Part shown: positions 38,844 to 49,017 of the stretch, piece by piece
Numbering within the stretch: position 1 is the stretch's first letter
How the letters are laid out: every line of letters starts with the position of its first letter
Source: Candidatus Magasanikiibacteriota bacterium
Lineage (GTDB): Bacteria > Patescibacteriota > Patescibacteriia > Magasanikbacterales > UBA922
Direction of reading: 5' to 3'
Assembly: GCA_041674805.1 (NCBI GenBank)
Contig: JBAYVA010000001.1
Location: 24,624-88,623 of the forward strand
DNA length: 64,000 nt
Made by a program: the position numbers and the translations under genes
The notes under the pieces: model-generated
What the model saw: only the letters and a program-made list of their open reading frames with translations
Told to the model about the DNA's origin: nothing
Database searches by the model: none

Positions 38844-40328
38844 ATGCTCACAGATTATCAAAAATATAGAATTTATGAAATTTTGCCAGGTTTGTCTATT
38901 TGGCTTACTTTGTTTTTGAGTATTATATTTTCTATTTTCAAACCTTTATGGATGATTTATTTTATTATAGTTTTTGATGTTTATTGGGTATTGAAAGTAA
39001 TCAATTTTGTTTTTTATTTGAATGTTGCTTGGCTTCGTTATCATAAAATAAAAAAAGTAGATTGGAAACAAGCTTTGCAACATGAAATTAGCAATTATCA
39101 TGACAAACAGCATGTTGTTTTTTTAACAGTATATAATGAAGAATGGGTCGTAGTTGAAGATGCTTTGAAAAGTTTGGAAGAAGCTATCTATGATAAAAGT
39201 AAATTCACAGTAGTAATTGCGGGAGAAGAAAGAAAAAAAGAACATTGTGAAGATATATTTTCTCGTACCAAAAATAAATTTGAAAAATCTTTTGGACATT
39301 TGATGTTTACTTTGCATCCTGCCAATTTGTCAGATGAGACTCCTGGCAAAGGTTCCAATTTACATTATTCAGAACAAGAAGTAAAAAAATTCATAGACAA
39401 ACAAGATTGGGATTATGACAATGTTATTGTTACTGTCTTTGATATTGATACTATTTGTCATAGTCAGTATTTTGCTTATCTTACATATTTGTATTGTACC
39501 GTAGAAAAACCAACTAGAACTTCTTTTCAGCCTGTAGCTTTGTACAATAATAATATGTGGGAATCTCCATCTATTTTGCGTATTATGGCTTTTGGTACTA
39601 CTTTTTGGTCAATGACGTCTCTTGCTCGCCAAGATGCCTTGGTAACATTTTCTTCTCATTCTATGAGTTTTAGAGCTATTGTGGATGCTGGTTTTCATGA
39701 AAAAAGAATAGTTAGTGAAGATTCTCGTATATTTTATCAATGTTTGTTGGCTTATGATGGAGATTATCGGGTGACGCCAATGTATGTACCAGTTTCTATG
39801 GACACTGTGCGAGATGATAATTGGTGGAAAAGTATTACTAATTTGTATAAACAACAACGTCGTTGGGCTTGGGGTATAGAGCATGTACCATATTTGCTTT
39901 GGGAATTCAAAAAGAAAAAAAATATTCCGTTGTGGAAAAAATTCAAATGGATTTTTATTGAATGGGAAGGCAAATGGTCTTGGGCTTTGGCTGCTATCAT
40001 TATTACTATTTTAGGTCGTTTACCTTTGTGGTTGGCTAGTGAAGATATTAGACAGAGTGCTATTTTTTTGAATGCGCCACACATGTTGGAAAAATTAATG
40101 TCTTTGGCAATGCTTGGTTTGATTGTTTCTGCTGTATTTAGTTTGCCATTGTTACCAAAGCCAAAAAATGCACAACCAAAACATTTGTATGTTATTATGT
40201 TGTTACAGTGGGTTTTGTTGCCTATTTCTATGATTTTTGTGTCAGCTATTCCAGCCATTGAAGCTGTAACAAGACTTATGTTTGGAAAATATTTAGGTTT
40301 CAATGTTTCACAAAAAAAGAGAAAATAA
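38844..40328 (+). CDS. Membrane glycosyltransferase family 2 (processive-type)
   Basis: YNEE, GKGSN, FDID, SEDS, QQRRWAWG; flanking TMs. Confidence 0.88.
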   Translation: MLTDYQKYRIYEILPGLSIWLTLFLSIIFSIFKPLWMIYFIIVFDVYWVLKVINFVFYLNVAWLRYHKIKKVDWKQALQHEISNYHDKQHVVFLTVYNEEWVVVEDALKSLEEAIYDKSKFTVVIAGEERKKEHCEDIFSRTKNKFEKSFGHLMFTLHPANLSDETPGKGSNLHYSEQEVKKFIDKQDWDYDNVIVTVFDIDTICHSQYFAYLTYLYCTVEKPTRTSFQPVALYNNNMWESPSILRIMAFGTTFWSMTSLARQDALVTFSSHSMSFRAIVDAGFHEKRIVSEDSRIFYQCLLAYDGDYRVTPMYVPVSMDTVRDDNWWKSITNLYKQQRRWAWGIEHVPYLLWEFKKKKNIPLWKKFKWIFIEWEGKWSWALAAIIITILGRLPLWLASEDIRQSAIFLNAPHMLEKLMSLAMLGLIVSAVFSLPLLPKPKNAQPKHLYVIMLLQWVLLPISMIFVSAIPAIEAVTRLMFGKYLGFNVSQKKRK

Positions 40329-40343
40329 TTTGTTTAAATAGTT

Positions 40344-42842
40344 ATGAATTATCTAAAAGATTTTCAAAATTTAGATTCTAAATGTGTAGCAATTGCTGGT
40401 GGCAAAGGTGCTTCTCTTGGTGAAATGACGCAAGCTGGTATTCCTGTACCTCCTGGTTTTGTAATTTTGTCTGAATCTTTTGAAAAATTTTTGGTAGACA
40501 CAGATTTAAATATTGAAATTAATTCTATCTTGAGTAAAGTAAATGTAAAAGAAATGCACACTATAGAAAATGCTTCAGAAAAAATTCAAGCGCTTATTTT
40601 GTCTGCAGACATGCCAAGTGATATTGCTAGTGAAATTTTGGAAAATTATCAAAAACTTGGTAGCAAATTTGTTGCTGTACGTTCTTCGGCTACTTCAGAA
40701 GATTCTGCATCGGCTGCTTGGGCTGGTCAACTAGATACTTTCTTAAATACCACAGAAACAGATTTGTTAGAAAATGTGCAGAAATGTTGGGCTTCACTTT
40801 TTACTCCACGAGCTATCTTTTATCGTTTTGAGCTTTTGGAACGTGGGAAAATGCAGAATGAAACGCATGCTAACACAGAAGATCATATTTCTGTTGCTGT
40901 GGTAATACAAAAGATGATTCAGTCAGAAAAATCTGGTATAGCTTTTTCTGTTCATCCAGTTACACAAGATGAAAATCAACTCATTATTGAAGCTGGTTTG
41001 GGTCTGGGTGAAGCAATAGTATCAGGTTCCGTCACACCAGATAGTTATGTTGTTAGTAAAGAAGATTTGCAAATTATTGATATCAATATTAGTGAACAAG
41101 GCAGAGCTCTTTATAAAAAAGAAAATGGTGGCAATGAATGGCGAGATTTGGGAGAAGAAGGCAAAAAACAAGTTTTATCAAAAAAGGAAATTATTGAATT
41201 GTCAAAACTAATTATAAAAATAGAAAAACACTATGGTTTTCCTTGTGACATTGAATGGGCTTTTGAAAATGGTGAATTTTTTATTACGCAAAGTAGACCG
41301 ATTACGACTTTATTGAAGAAAACAAAAAAAGAAGTGTATATACCGTTTGGTAGACTTGTTGCTTCAAGAGCAAGATCAAAGAAAGTTATTACACCATTTC
41401 CTGCTATTTATACCCAAGAATATGTTAGCACTTTAGATATGGAAAAAATTTATGGGACTAGAGCGCATGCAACTGTTTTAACTTGGATAGGTGATGATAT
41501 CACGACATCTACTGATAGTAATGAAGAATTTGAAAAAATTGGTAAAATAATTGTGGATAAATCTCTTTTAGATAAAAAATGGTTAAATGGTATTATTGAA
41601 TGGTCTGAAAAACAAAAAAATGAATTAAAAATTTTTATAGAAGATAGTTTTCCTATAAATAATTTATTTTCTTTGTCTAATAAAAATATAGCAGATAATT
41701 ATTTCGAATATTATAAAAAATATAGGAATTTCCATTTGAATAATACACCATCTTGGTGGATTGGAAGTAGTATTTTAGAAAATAGACTAGATGAGTATGT
41801 TCAAAAAGGAGAAATTTCAAAAAATGATTTAGCTATTCTTATAGAACCATTAGAGTATTTTTTTGATTTAAATAATGAAGAAAAAGAAATAATTGAAATA
41901 GCTGTAATGTTGAAAAAAATAAAAAATATTTCTGAAGAAAATATTCCAGAAGATGTAGATAAATTGTTAAATAAACATGTTGAAAGTTATTCGTCTATTC
42001 CATTTGCTTATATTAGTGGAGTCTTATGGAATAAAAATTTTTTTATCAAAAAAATAAAAGATATAATTTTAGAAGGTGACCCTTCGGAATTTTTACTTAA
42101 AAAAAATAAAGAATTAGAATTAAAAAGACAGAAAAGAAATGAACTTAATAAAAAATTAGACCTAAATCCACAATTAATGGGTTTGATAGAAACAACTAAA
42201 AAATTAAGTTATTTGCAAGATTTAAAGAAGGTGTTTCAAACAAGGAGTCATCCCCATTTGCAATTAGTGGTATTACCAGAAATTGCTAGAAGATTGAAAA
42301 TTGATATAAAGTATATGTGTCATCTTGATCCTTATGAAATTAGAGATAGCTTGATTTCTGGAGAAGTATCAAAAAAAATAAGTTTAGAACTTCCAAGAAG
42401 AATAAATAATTCCATTCTTATTTCAGAAAATAACGAGTATAAATGGATTCTTGAAGAAGATGCAATAGAATTTGCAAAAAAATACAAACTTATTATTTCT
42501 GATGAAAACATAATTGAACTAAAAGGGAGCTCAGCCTCTTCTGGAAAAGTAAAAGGAATAGTAAAAATATGTGAAACATCAATGGATATTTTGAAGGTTG
42601 AAAAAAATGATGTTTTGGTCGCGGCAATGACTACCCCGGATTATGTTCCTGCAATGAAAATTGCTGGAGCAATAGTTACTAATGAAGGAGGTATTACGTG
42701 TCATGCAGCAATTGTTTCAAGAGAATTGAATATACCTTGTGTTATTGGAACTAAAAATGCCACCAAAATTTTAAAAGACGGCGATCTCGTTGAAGTAGAT
42801 GCTGATAATGGCGTAGTAAGAATTTTAGAAAAAAAACAATAA
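40344..42842 (+). CDS. PEP synthase-like dikinase: ATP-grasp domain, central domain, C-terminal phospho-His swivel (rifampin-phosphotransferase-like architecture)
   Basis: GGKGASLGEM, VAVRSSATSED, DIEWA, QSRPITT; C-terminal GGITCHAAIVSREL; no pyruvate-binding barrel. Confidence 0.85.
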   Translation: MNYLKDFQNLDSKCVAIAGGKGASLGEMTQAGIPVPPGFVILSESFEKFLVDTDLNIEINSILSKVNVKEMHTIENASEKIQALILSADMPSDIASEILENYQKLGSKFVAVRSSATSEDSASAAWAGQLDTFLNTTETDLLENVQKCWASLFTPRAIFYRFELLERGKMQNETHANTEDHISVAVVIQKMIQSEKSGIAFSVHPVTQDENQLIIEAGLGLGEAIVSGSVTPDSYVVSKEDLQIIDINISEQGRALYKKENGGNEWRDLGEEGKKQVLSKKEIIELSKLIIKIEKHYGFPCDIEWAFENGEFFITQSRPITTLLKKTKKEVYIPFGRLVASRARSKKVITPFPAIYTQEYVSTLDMEKIYGTRAHATVLTWIGDDITTSTDSNEEFEKIGKIIVDKSLLDKKWLNGIIEWSEKQKNELKIFIEDSFPINNLFSLSNKNIADNYFEYYKKYRNFHLNNTPSWWIGSSILENRLDEYVQKGEISKNDLAILIEPLEYFFDLNNEEKEIIEIAVMLKKIKNISEENIPEDVDKLLNKHVESYSSIPFAYISGVLWNKNFFIKKIKDIILEGDPSEFLLKKNKELELKRQKRNELNKKLDLNPQLMGLIETTKKLSYLQDLKKVFQTRSHPHLQLVVLPEIARRLKIDIKYMCHLDPYEIRDSLISGEVSKKISLELPRRINNSILISENNEYKWILEEDAIEFAKKYKLIISDENIIELKGSSASSGKVKGIVKICETSMDILKVEKNDVLVAAMTTPDYVPAMKIAGAIVTNEGGITCHAAIVSRELNIPCVIGTKNATKILKDGDLVEVDADNGVVRILEKKQ

Positions 42843-42859
42843 ATAACTAATTTTATATT

Positions 42860-43981
42860 ATGGATCTTCCAAGTTTATACCAAAAACAAATTTCTCTTTC
42901 TGAGTGGTTTGCCAATATCAATCATAAAGAAACTGAAAATTTTCGTGAAGAAGATAATTGGAAAAGAGAAAGAATGGATGAACTATCACAATTCATTACT
43001 TTTCCTTTTGATAAACCTACTAGTTTTTCAGCCAGTGATGTAGTAAATAGAAGTGAAGAATTTGAAAAATTTTTGTCAGAACGTGGAAATGAATATTGTG
43101 CTTTGCGTCTAATTCCTATTTTGCCAGAATTGCCAAAATTGCGTATGCGAGGTATGACAATTGCTGATGCTGTCCATTCTTGGCTACCAGAACAAAATAT
43201 TGAAGCCGGTAATTATCAAGCAGATTTTGTACCACATCCAAATGATCATATTTGGTCAAGCATTTTCGTCGTCAATAAACATGGTGTTATTGGAGAAATG
43301 GTTGCTGATAGTCACAATATTTTGACTCAAGGTTTTCATGAAAATTTTGATATTGTAAATTTTACTTATGATTTTGCAACTAATATTTTGAAGACTTCCA
43401 CACAGGATGAAAATGCAGAAGAACATGTACTTGAGTTACTTTCTTATATAAGGGTGACAGATGAAAATTTGAGACAAGCAATTTCAGAAAAATTTGCAGT
43501 AGAGTTTGTGGGTGGTGAATATTTACCTGGTTATTTTGAAAGTGTGAAATCTAGTGATTTTGGTACTTGGTTTATAGATTGGAATAGAGTTCTTGGAAAA
43601 ATGTACGATGATGTTTGGAGTCCTATCACTGAAAATTTTGAAAACGATACTTTGTCTGGCAAAGTAGGTAGCCCTGGCGTAGCACAAGGTATTGTCAGAA
43701 TTATTCATCCTGATAAAATTAGTACTGGAGAATTTAATGATGGTGATATTTTGCTTTGTCTTATGACAAGTCCAGATTATGTGCCTCTTATGAAAAGAGC
43801 TGGTGCTGTGATTACACAAGAAGGTGGTATACTTTCTCATGCTGCTATCGTTAGTCGTGAAATGGGAGTGACTTGTCTAGTTGGTGTCAAAGGTGTACTT
43901 GATAAATTGCAAGAAGGTGACTTGGTAGAAGTAAATGCTAACGAAGGTGTAATAAAAATTTTAGAAAAAAAGAAAAAATAA
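42860..43981 (+). CDS. Protein with an unknown N-domain and a PEP-utilizer phospho-His swivel domain
   Basis: MTSPDYVPLM, GGILSHAAIVSREMG, GDLVEVNA..G. Confidence 0.8.
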   Translation: MDLPSLYQKQISLSEWFANINHKETENFREEDNWKRERMDELSQFITFPFDKPTSFSASDVVNRSEEFEKFLSERGNEYCALRLIPILPELPKLRMRGMTIADAVHSWLPEQNIEAGNYQADFVPHPNDHIWSSIFVVNKHGVIGEMVADSHNILTQGFHENFDIVNFTYDFATNILKTSTQDENAEEHVLELLSYIRVTDENLRQAISEKFAVEFVGGEYLPGYFESVKSSDFGTWFIDWNRVLGKMYDDVWSPITENFENDTLSGKVGSPGVAQGIVRIIHPDKISTGEFNDGDILLCLMTSPDYVPLMKRAGAVITQEGGILSHAAIVSREMGVTCLVGVKGVLDKLQEGDLVEVNANEGVIKILEKKKK

Positions 43982-43990
43982 TTTTTTATT

Positions 43991-45460
43991 ATGATTTTTC
44001 ACAAAAAAAAATTTAATGTTTTCATTTTGTTTTTTTTGTTAGTTGTTTTATTTTTTAGTGCAGGTTTTTATTTATCTTATTTTTTATTAAATAATTTGAC
44101 TCCTGAAAAAATATTACAATCAGATTTTGTACAGGAAAAAATAATAGAAACTATGGGTGAAGAAAATGCTGATATTATTAGTTTGTTGCCAACTTTCTTA
44201 GGTTTTGATGTACCAAAAAATTATTTAGTATTATTTTTGAATAATACAGAGTTGCGACCGGGCGGTGGTTTTATTGGTTCTTATGCAACTTTGCAAGTGA
44301 CACAAGGACATTTGGAAATATTGGAAATGGGTGGTACAGAATCTATTGGTGTTGATTCCTCTAATCCAAATCCTCCACAAATTATAAAAGACAAATTAAA
44401 AGTAGATAAATGGTATCTTCGTGATAGTAATTGGTCACCTGATTTTGTGGAAAGTTCTAAAAAAACTTTGGAATTTTATCAAGCTGGTAACAATGTAGCA
44501 GCTGGTGAAATTTCAGCTGTTATAGCAGTAACTACTGATGTTTTAGAAGATTTGATGAAAAAAACAGGACCTTTTGTGGTTGATGGTATTGAATTTACGG
44601 CTGAAAACGTGATAGAAAAATTGGAATATGAAGTAGAATATGGTTATGATGATAAAGGTATAAAGTTTGATGAAAGAAAAGCTATCATGAAACCTTTTAT
44701 GCTTGCTTTGGTAGATCATGTAAAATATGATATGTTTAAGAATATCAAAATTTACAAAGATTTGTTCACTAGTCTTTTGGAAGAAAAAAATATTTTAGTT
44801 TATTCTTTGTCTTCTGATTTGCAAAATATTTTAGACAAAAATGATTGGTCTGGTCGAATGAAATCTTTTTCTGGAGATTATCTTATGTGGGTTGATGCAA
44901 ATTTGGCAGCTTTGAAAACTGATCATGCTATGTTGAGAAAATTAAATTATAGTATTAGCAAAGACAAAGATGAAAATTATTTAGCCAAGGCAACTATGAC
45001 ATATATTCATAATGGTAGTTTTGATTGGCGTACGACTAGATATTTGAGTTATGCTAGAATTTTTGTACCAGAAGGAGCAGACTTGCTTGAAGTAAAAATA
45101 GGGGACAAAATTTGGCAAAAAAATTCTGAAAAAAATGATTTTGTAGTAGACAAAGGCATTGATAATTATCGTAGTTGGTTTGGAATTTATGTTGCTATTG
45201 AGCCAAAAGATACTAAAGCTGTTAGTTTTTCATATCTTTTACCAGCTAGTATTACAGAAAATATAAAAAACAATAATTACAATTTGCTTATTCAAAAACA
45301 AATTGGTTTGAACAATGCTAGTTTGACGACTGAGCTAAAATTTGGTACTACTAGTATAGTGTCTGCAGTACCAGCGGAAGCTGAAAAGTATTGGTATGAC
45401 AGTAATTATGTTTTTGAAATTGATTTTGTGAAAGATCAGATATTTAACATCAAATTTTAA
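43991..45460 (+). CDS. DUF4012-like membrane-anchored protein
   Basis: YLVLFLNNTELRPGGGFIGSY, LRDSNWSPDF, Y.RIFVPEG, IQKQIG. Confidence 0.8.
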   Translation: MIFHKKKFNVFILFFLLVVLFFSAGFYLSYFLLNNLTPEKILQSDFVQEKIIETMGEENADIISLLPTFLGFDVPKNYLVLFLNNTELRPGGGFIGSYATLQVTQGHLEILEMGGTESIGVDSSNPNPPQIIKDKLKVDKWYLRDSNWSPDFVESSKKTLEFYQAGNNVAAGEISAVIAVTTDVLEDLMKKTGPFVVDGIEFTAENVIEKLEYEVEYGYDDKGIKFDERKAIMKPFMLALVDHVKYDMFKNIKIYKDLFTSLLEEKNILVYSLSSDLQNILDKNDWSGRMKSFSGDYLMWVDANLAALKTDHAMLRKLNYSISKDKDENYLAKATMTYIHNGSFDWRTTRYLSYARIFVPEGADLLEVKIGDKIWQKNSEKNDFVVDKGIDNYRSWFGIYVAIEPKDTKAVSFSYLLPASITENIKNNNYNLLIQKQIGLNNASLTTELKFGTTSIVSAVPAEAEKYWYDSNYVFEIDFVKDQIFNIKF

Positions 45461-45468
45461 ATAAAAAT

Positions 45469-46470
45469 ATGAAAAAAGTGGGAATTGACTTAGGAACAAC
45501 CAATGTACTCGTCTATGTACCAAAAAAAGGCATTGTGGTCAATGAACCTTCTGTTGTGGCAATTTCCAAAGATGATCGCCGTGTTTTGGCTGTAGGAGCT
45601 GAAGCCAAAGAAATGATTGGTCGTACTCCTGATACTATTATTGCAGAAAGACCTTTGAAAGACGGTGTGATTGCAAGTTATCGTACTACAGAAGCAATGC
45701 TTAGATATTTTATCAACAAAGCAATTGGCGGTGTACGTATTTTTCGTCCAGAAGTAATGGTAGCTGTACCAGCAGGAATTACTTCTACAGAAAGACGTGC
45801 AGTAGTAGACGCTGCTATGGCAGCTGGAGCCAAAGCTGCTTATATTATCAAAGAGCCAATAGTTGCTGCTATTGGTGCAGATATTCCGATTGGTTCTGCT
45901 TCTGGACATATGATTATCGATATTGGTGGTGGTACGGCTGAGATCGCGGTTATTTCTCTTGGTGGTATTGTTTCTGTTGGTTCTGTGCGTATTGGGGGAA
46001 ATCGATTTGATCAGTCAATTGCTGATTTTATTCGTCGTAAATATGGTTTGGCTATTGGTGAAAGAAGTGCTGAAAAAGTAAAAATTGAAATTGGTTCAGC
46101 TATGTATATGGATAATCCTTTGACTATGGAAGTAAAAGGACGTGATATGGTAACTGGTTTGCCACATACAATTTTGGTCACTTCTGATGATACTACTGAA
46201 GCTTTGCAACATGATTTGGAAGGGCTTATTGAGGCTATCAAAGAAGTTTTGCACAAAACTCCACCAGAATTGTCTGCTGATGTGATGGAAAAAGGTATGA
46301 TAATGTCTGGCGGATCTAGTCAGCTTAGAAATCTCGATGAATTAGTTTCTCAGGCAATTGGTGTACCAGCTTATGTAGCAGAAGAACCTTTGCTTTGTGT
46401 AGCCAAGGGTACTGGTATTGCGCTAGAAAATTTAGATAATTATAAGAGATCTATTTTGACTACTAGATAA
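45469..46470 (+). CDS. mreB: Rod shape-determining protein MreB
   Basis: GIDLGTTN, NEPSVVA, RPLKDGVIA, IDIGGGT, TPPELSAD, PLLCVAKGTG. Confidence 0.97.
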   Translation: MKKVGIDLGTTNVLVYVPKKGIVVNEPSVVAISKDDRRVLAVGAEAKEMIGRTPDTIIAERPLKDGVIASYRTTEAMLRYFINKAIGGVRIFRPEVMVAVPAGITSTERRAVVDAAMAAGAKAAYIIKEPIVAAIGADIPIGSASGHMIIDIGGGTAEIAVISLGGIVSVGSVRIGGNRFDQSIADFIRRKYGLAIGERSAEKVKIEIGSAMYMDNPLTMEVKGRDMVTGLPHTILVTSDDTTEALQHDLEGLIEAIKEVLHKTPPELSADVMEKGMIMSGGSSQLRNLDELVSQAIGVPAYVAEEPLLCVAKGTGIALENLDNYKRSILTTR

Positions 46471-46957
46471 GGTTTTAGGTTCTAGGTGTTAGGTTTTTTA
46501 AATATTAATTTATGGAGGGAGAAAAAATAATATCTTATAAAGATTTGATAGTTTGGCAAAAATCAATGGATCTTGTGTTGTTAATATATCAAATAACAAA
46601 AAATTTTCCAAAGGAGGAATTGTTTGGACTTGTTTCACAAATGAGACGTGCTGTTGTATCAATACCTTCAAATATTGCAGAGGGTAAAACTCGTGGAAGT
46701 AGGAAAGATTATAGACATTTTTTATTAAATTCTTTTGCATCAGGTTCTGAATTAGAAACTCAGTTATTAATTTCTAAAAGGTTGGATTACTTTAATATGC
46801 AAGATTTTGAAAAAATAAATTTCGATTTAACAGAAGTAATGAAAATGTTGAATACTTTAATTTATAAATTAAACTGATAGTTTTAAACATCTAAAATCTA
46901 GAAACCTAAAATCTAGGTCACCTATAACCTAGAACCTAGTTTACCTAATACCTAAAA
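46468..46957. repeat. Inverted NNTAGGT / ACCTANN heptamer arrays flanking the four-helix-bundle gene
   Basis: Left arm 46468-46494 ttttaggt-tctaggt-gttaggt; right arm 46885-46957, about nine ACCTA/ATCTA units. Confidence 0.85.
46512..46877 (+). CDS. Four helix bundle protein (23S rRNA IVP / bAvd-like family)
   Basis: YKDLIVWQKS, FPKEELFGLVSQMRRAVVSIPSNIAEG, S.SELETQL. Confidence 0.95.
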   Translation: MEGEKIISYKDLIVWQKSMDLVLLIYQITKNFPKEELFGLVSQMRRAVVSIPSNIAEGKTRGSRKDYRHFLLNSFASGSELETQLLISKRLDYFNMQDFEKINFDLTEVMKMLNTLIYKLN

Positions 46958-46959
46958 TT

Positions 46960-48810
46960 ATGTTTAAAAAACTTTTTTTGGCAGTAACATTTACATTGTC
47001 TGTTTTTTTATTTGCATCACCTGTTCGTGCTGAAAAGATTGATAATTTTGTAACAAATATAAAAATAAATTCAGATTCTTCTTTTCATGTACAAGAAAAA
47101 ATAGATTATGATTTTGAAAATAGTGAGAGACATGGTATTTATCGTGATATTGTTTATAAATATAATATTAATGATATAATTTATATTATAAATATTGATA
47201 GTGTTAGCGTGACTGATGAAAAAAATAATAAGGTCAATTTCGTAGTAAGTGATAGTAGTGGAGAAAAAAATATTAGAATAGGTGATGCTGACATTTTGGT
47301 AAGTGGACGAAAAACTTATATCATAAATTATGATGTGGAAAGAGCACTTAATTCTTTTGAAAATCATGATGAATTGTATTGGAATGTGACGGGTAATGGT
47401 TGGGAAGTGCCAATTGAAAATGTAGAAACTACAATAGAGTTGCCAACTTCCTCACCATTGTTGAATAGCCAAGTCACTTGCTATGCGGGTGATTATGGAA
47501 GTAAAGATATTTGTACTTCTTTTGATTTCAAGTTTGTTGCTAATAGTACTGAAAATATTTCTGGTGCTGTTTTTCATACCAAAGATCTTTTGGCAAATCA
47601 AGGTATGTCTGTAGTTTTGGGATTTGCCAAAAATATTGTGGATATCAAAGTTGAAAAAAATCCATCTTTAAAATCAGAAACAAATGATTTAGAATCTTTT
47701 ATTTTGGATTTTTCAAAAAATATATCTATTTTTGTTGGCTCTTCTAAAAATAGTGTAGAAACACAAACCACAGAACAATTGTCTGATTTTCCATTGTGGC
47801 TTGGTATTGTATTAATTATTTTGCTTTTTGTTGGCTTACCAATTCTTGTTTTGATTATCATGATTTTGCTTTGGTATTTCAAAGGTCGTGATGAAAATTT
47901 GCACGATCCAATCATTGCTCAGTATGATTCTCCAGAAAATTTGCCGCCAGGGGTGGTGGGTACTATTTTGGATGAAAAAGTCGACAAACAAGATATAAGT
48001 TCAGAAATTATTTATTTGGCTATTGCTGGTTATTTCAAAATTGTTCGTACTGAGACCAAACAATTTATTGGTAAAAAAGTAGATTACACTTTGGAAAAAT
48101 TGAAAGAGGCTGATGATAATTTGAAAGAGTATCAGAAAATTTTATTTAATGCTTTTTTCAAAAAAGGTAATAGTGTCAAATTGTCAGATTTAAAGTATGA
48201 ATTATTTGTAGATTACAAAAAAGCTTCCAAAGAAATGTACAAATTTGTTGGTGATAATGAATATTTTGTAAAAAATCCAGCAAAAGTAAAATTGCATTAT
48301 AATATTGTGGGTTTTGTTTTCATTGGTTTGGGAATGATGACTTTTCCTATATTTACATTTTTTTCTGTAACAGGTCTTTGTTTTTCTGGTGTCATAATTA
48401 TTTTATTTGCGGCTATTATGTCGAAGCGTACTCTCAAAGGTATAAAGGCTAGAAATTATATTTTGGGTTTGAAAGAATATATTAGAGTAGCTGAAAAGAC
48501 AAGAATACAATTTCACAATGCTCCAGAAAAAAATCCGGCTACTTTTGAAAAATTTTTGCCATATGCTATGGTCTTTGGTTTGGAAAAAGAATGGGCAAAG
48601 CAATTTGAAGGAATTTATTTGCAACAACCAACTTGGTATTCTGGAGCTGACTTGGCTACTTTTTCAGCTATTAGTTTTGTAAATGATTTGAATAATTTTG
48701 GGGTAGTTGCCAATAGTAGTTTTTCTCAAAATTCTGGAGCTTCTTCTGGTTTTTCTAGTGGAGGATTTTCTGGTGGTGGTTTTGGTGGTGGTGGGGGAGG
48801 ATCTTGGTAA
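46960..48810 (+). CDS. DUF2207 membrane protein
   Basis: HGIYRDI, ELYWNVTGNGW, FEKFLPYAMVFG, terminal GGGFGGGGGGSW. Confidence 0.92.
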   Translation: MFKKLFLAVTFTLSVFLFASPVRAEKIDNFVTNIKINSDSSFHVQEKIDYDFENSERHGIYRDIVYKYNINDIIYIINIDSVSVTDEKNNKVNFVVSDSSGEKNIRIGDADILVSGRKTYIINYDVERALNSFENHDELYWNVTGNGWEVPIENVETTIELPTSSPLLNSQVTCYAGDYGSKDICTSFDFKFVANSTENISGAVFHTKDLLANQGMSVVLGFAKNIVDIKVEKNPSLKSETNDLESFILDFSKNISIFVGSSKNSVETQTTEQLSDFPLWLGIVLIILLFVGLPILVLIIMILLWYFKGRDENLHDPIIAQYDSPENLPPGVVGTILDEKVDKQDISSEIIYLAIAGYFKIVRTETKQFIGKKVDYTLEKLKEADDNLKEYQKILFNAFFKKGNSVKLSDLKYELFVDYKKASKEMYKFVGDNEYFVKNPAKVKLHYNIVGFVFIGLGMMTFPIFTFFSVTGLCFSGVIIILFAAIMSKRTLKGIKARNYILGLKEYIRVAEKTRIQFHNAPEKNPATFEKFLPYAMVFGLEKEWAKQFEGIYLQQPTWYSGADLATFSAISFVNDLNNFGVVANSSFSQNSGASSGFSSGGFSGGGFGGGGGGSW

Positions 48811-48974
48811 AAAATCCAAATTTCAAATTTTTTGTATAAGATGATAGAAACTTTAGTGTTTGTTAATCCGTTTATGGTGATTAAGTAAATGGAAGAGAAA
48901 TTTTATTTATTTTGAAAAATGTAAGCAGAATCAATTGTTATTTATGATGCAATTAGACATTAATTTTTAAGAAA

Positions 48975-49006
48975 GATCCCTAGTCGTGCTTCGCCGACTT
49001 GGGATG
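48975..49006. repeat. REP-like hairpin
   Basis: ATCCC-T-AGTCG-tgcttcgc-CGACT-T-GGGAT; shares the upstream TTTAAGAAAGAT with the hairpin at 60569-60598. Confidence 0.6.
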
Positions 49007-49017
49007 TTGAACTATTT

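Noticed and set aside
40344-42842. Calling this gene ppsA or rph
   Set aside because: It lacks the PpsA C-terminal barrel, and the central domain cannot be verified as rifamycin-binding by eye.
46512-46877. Diversity-generating retroelement (Avd-like gene)
   Set aside because: No reverse transcriptase in the window, and I saw no TR/VR pair differing at adenines.
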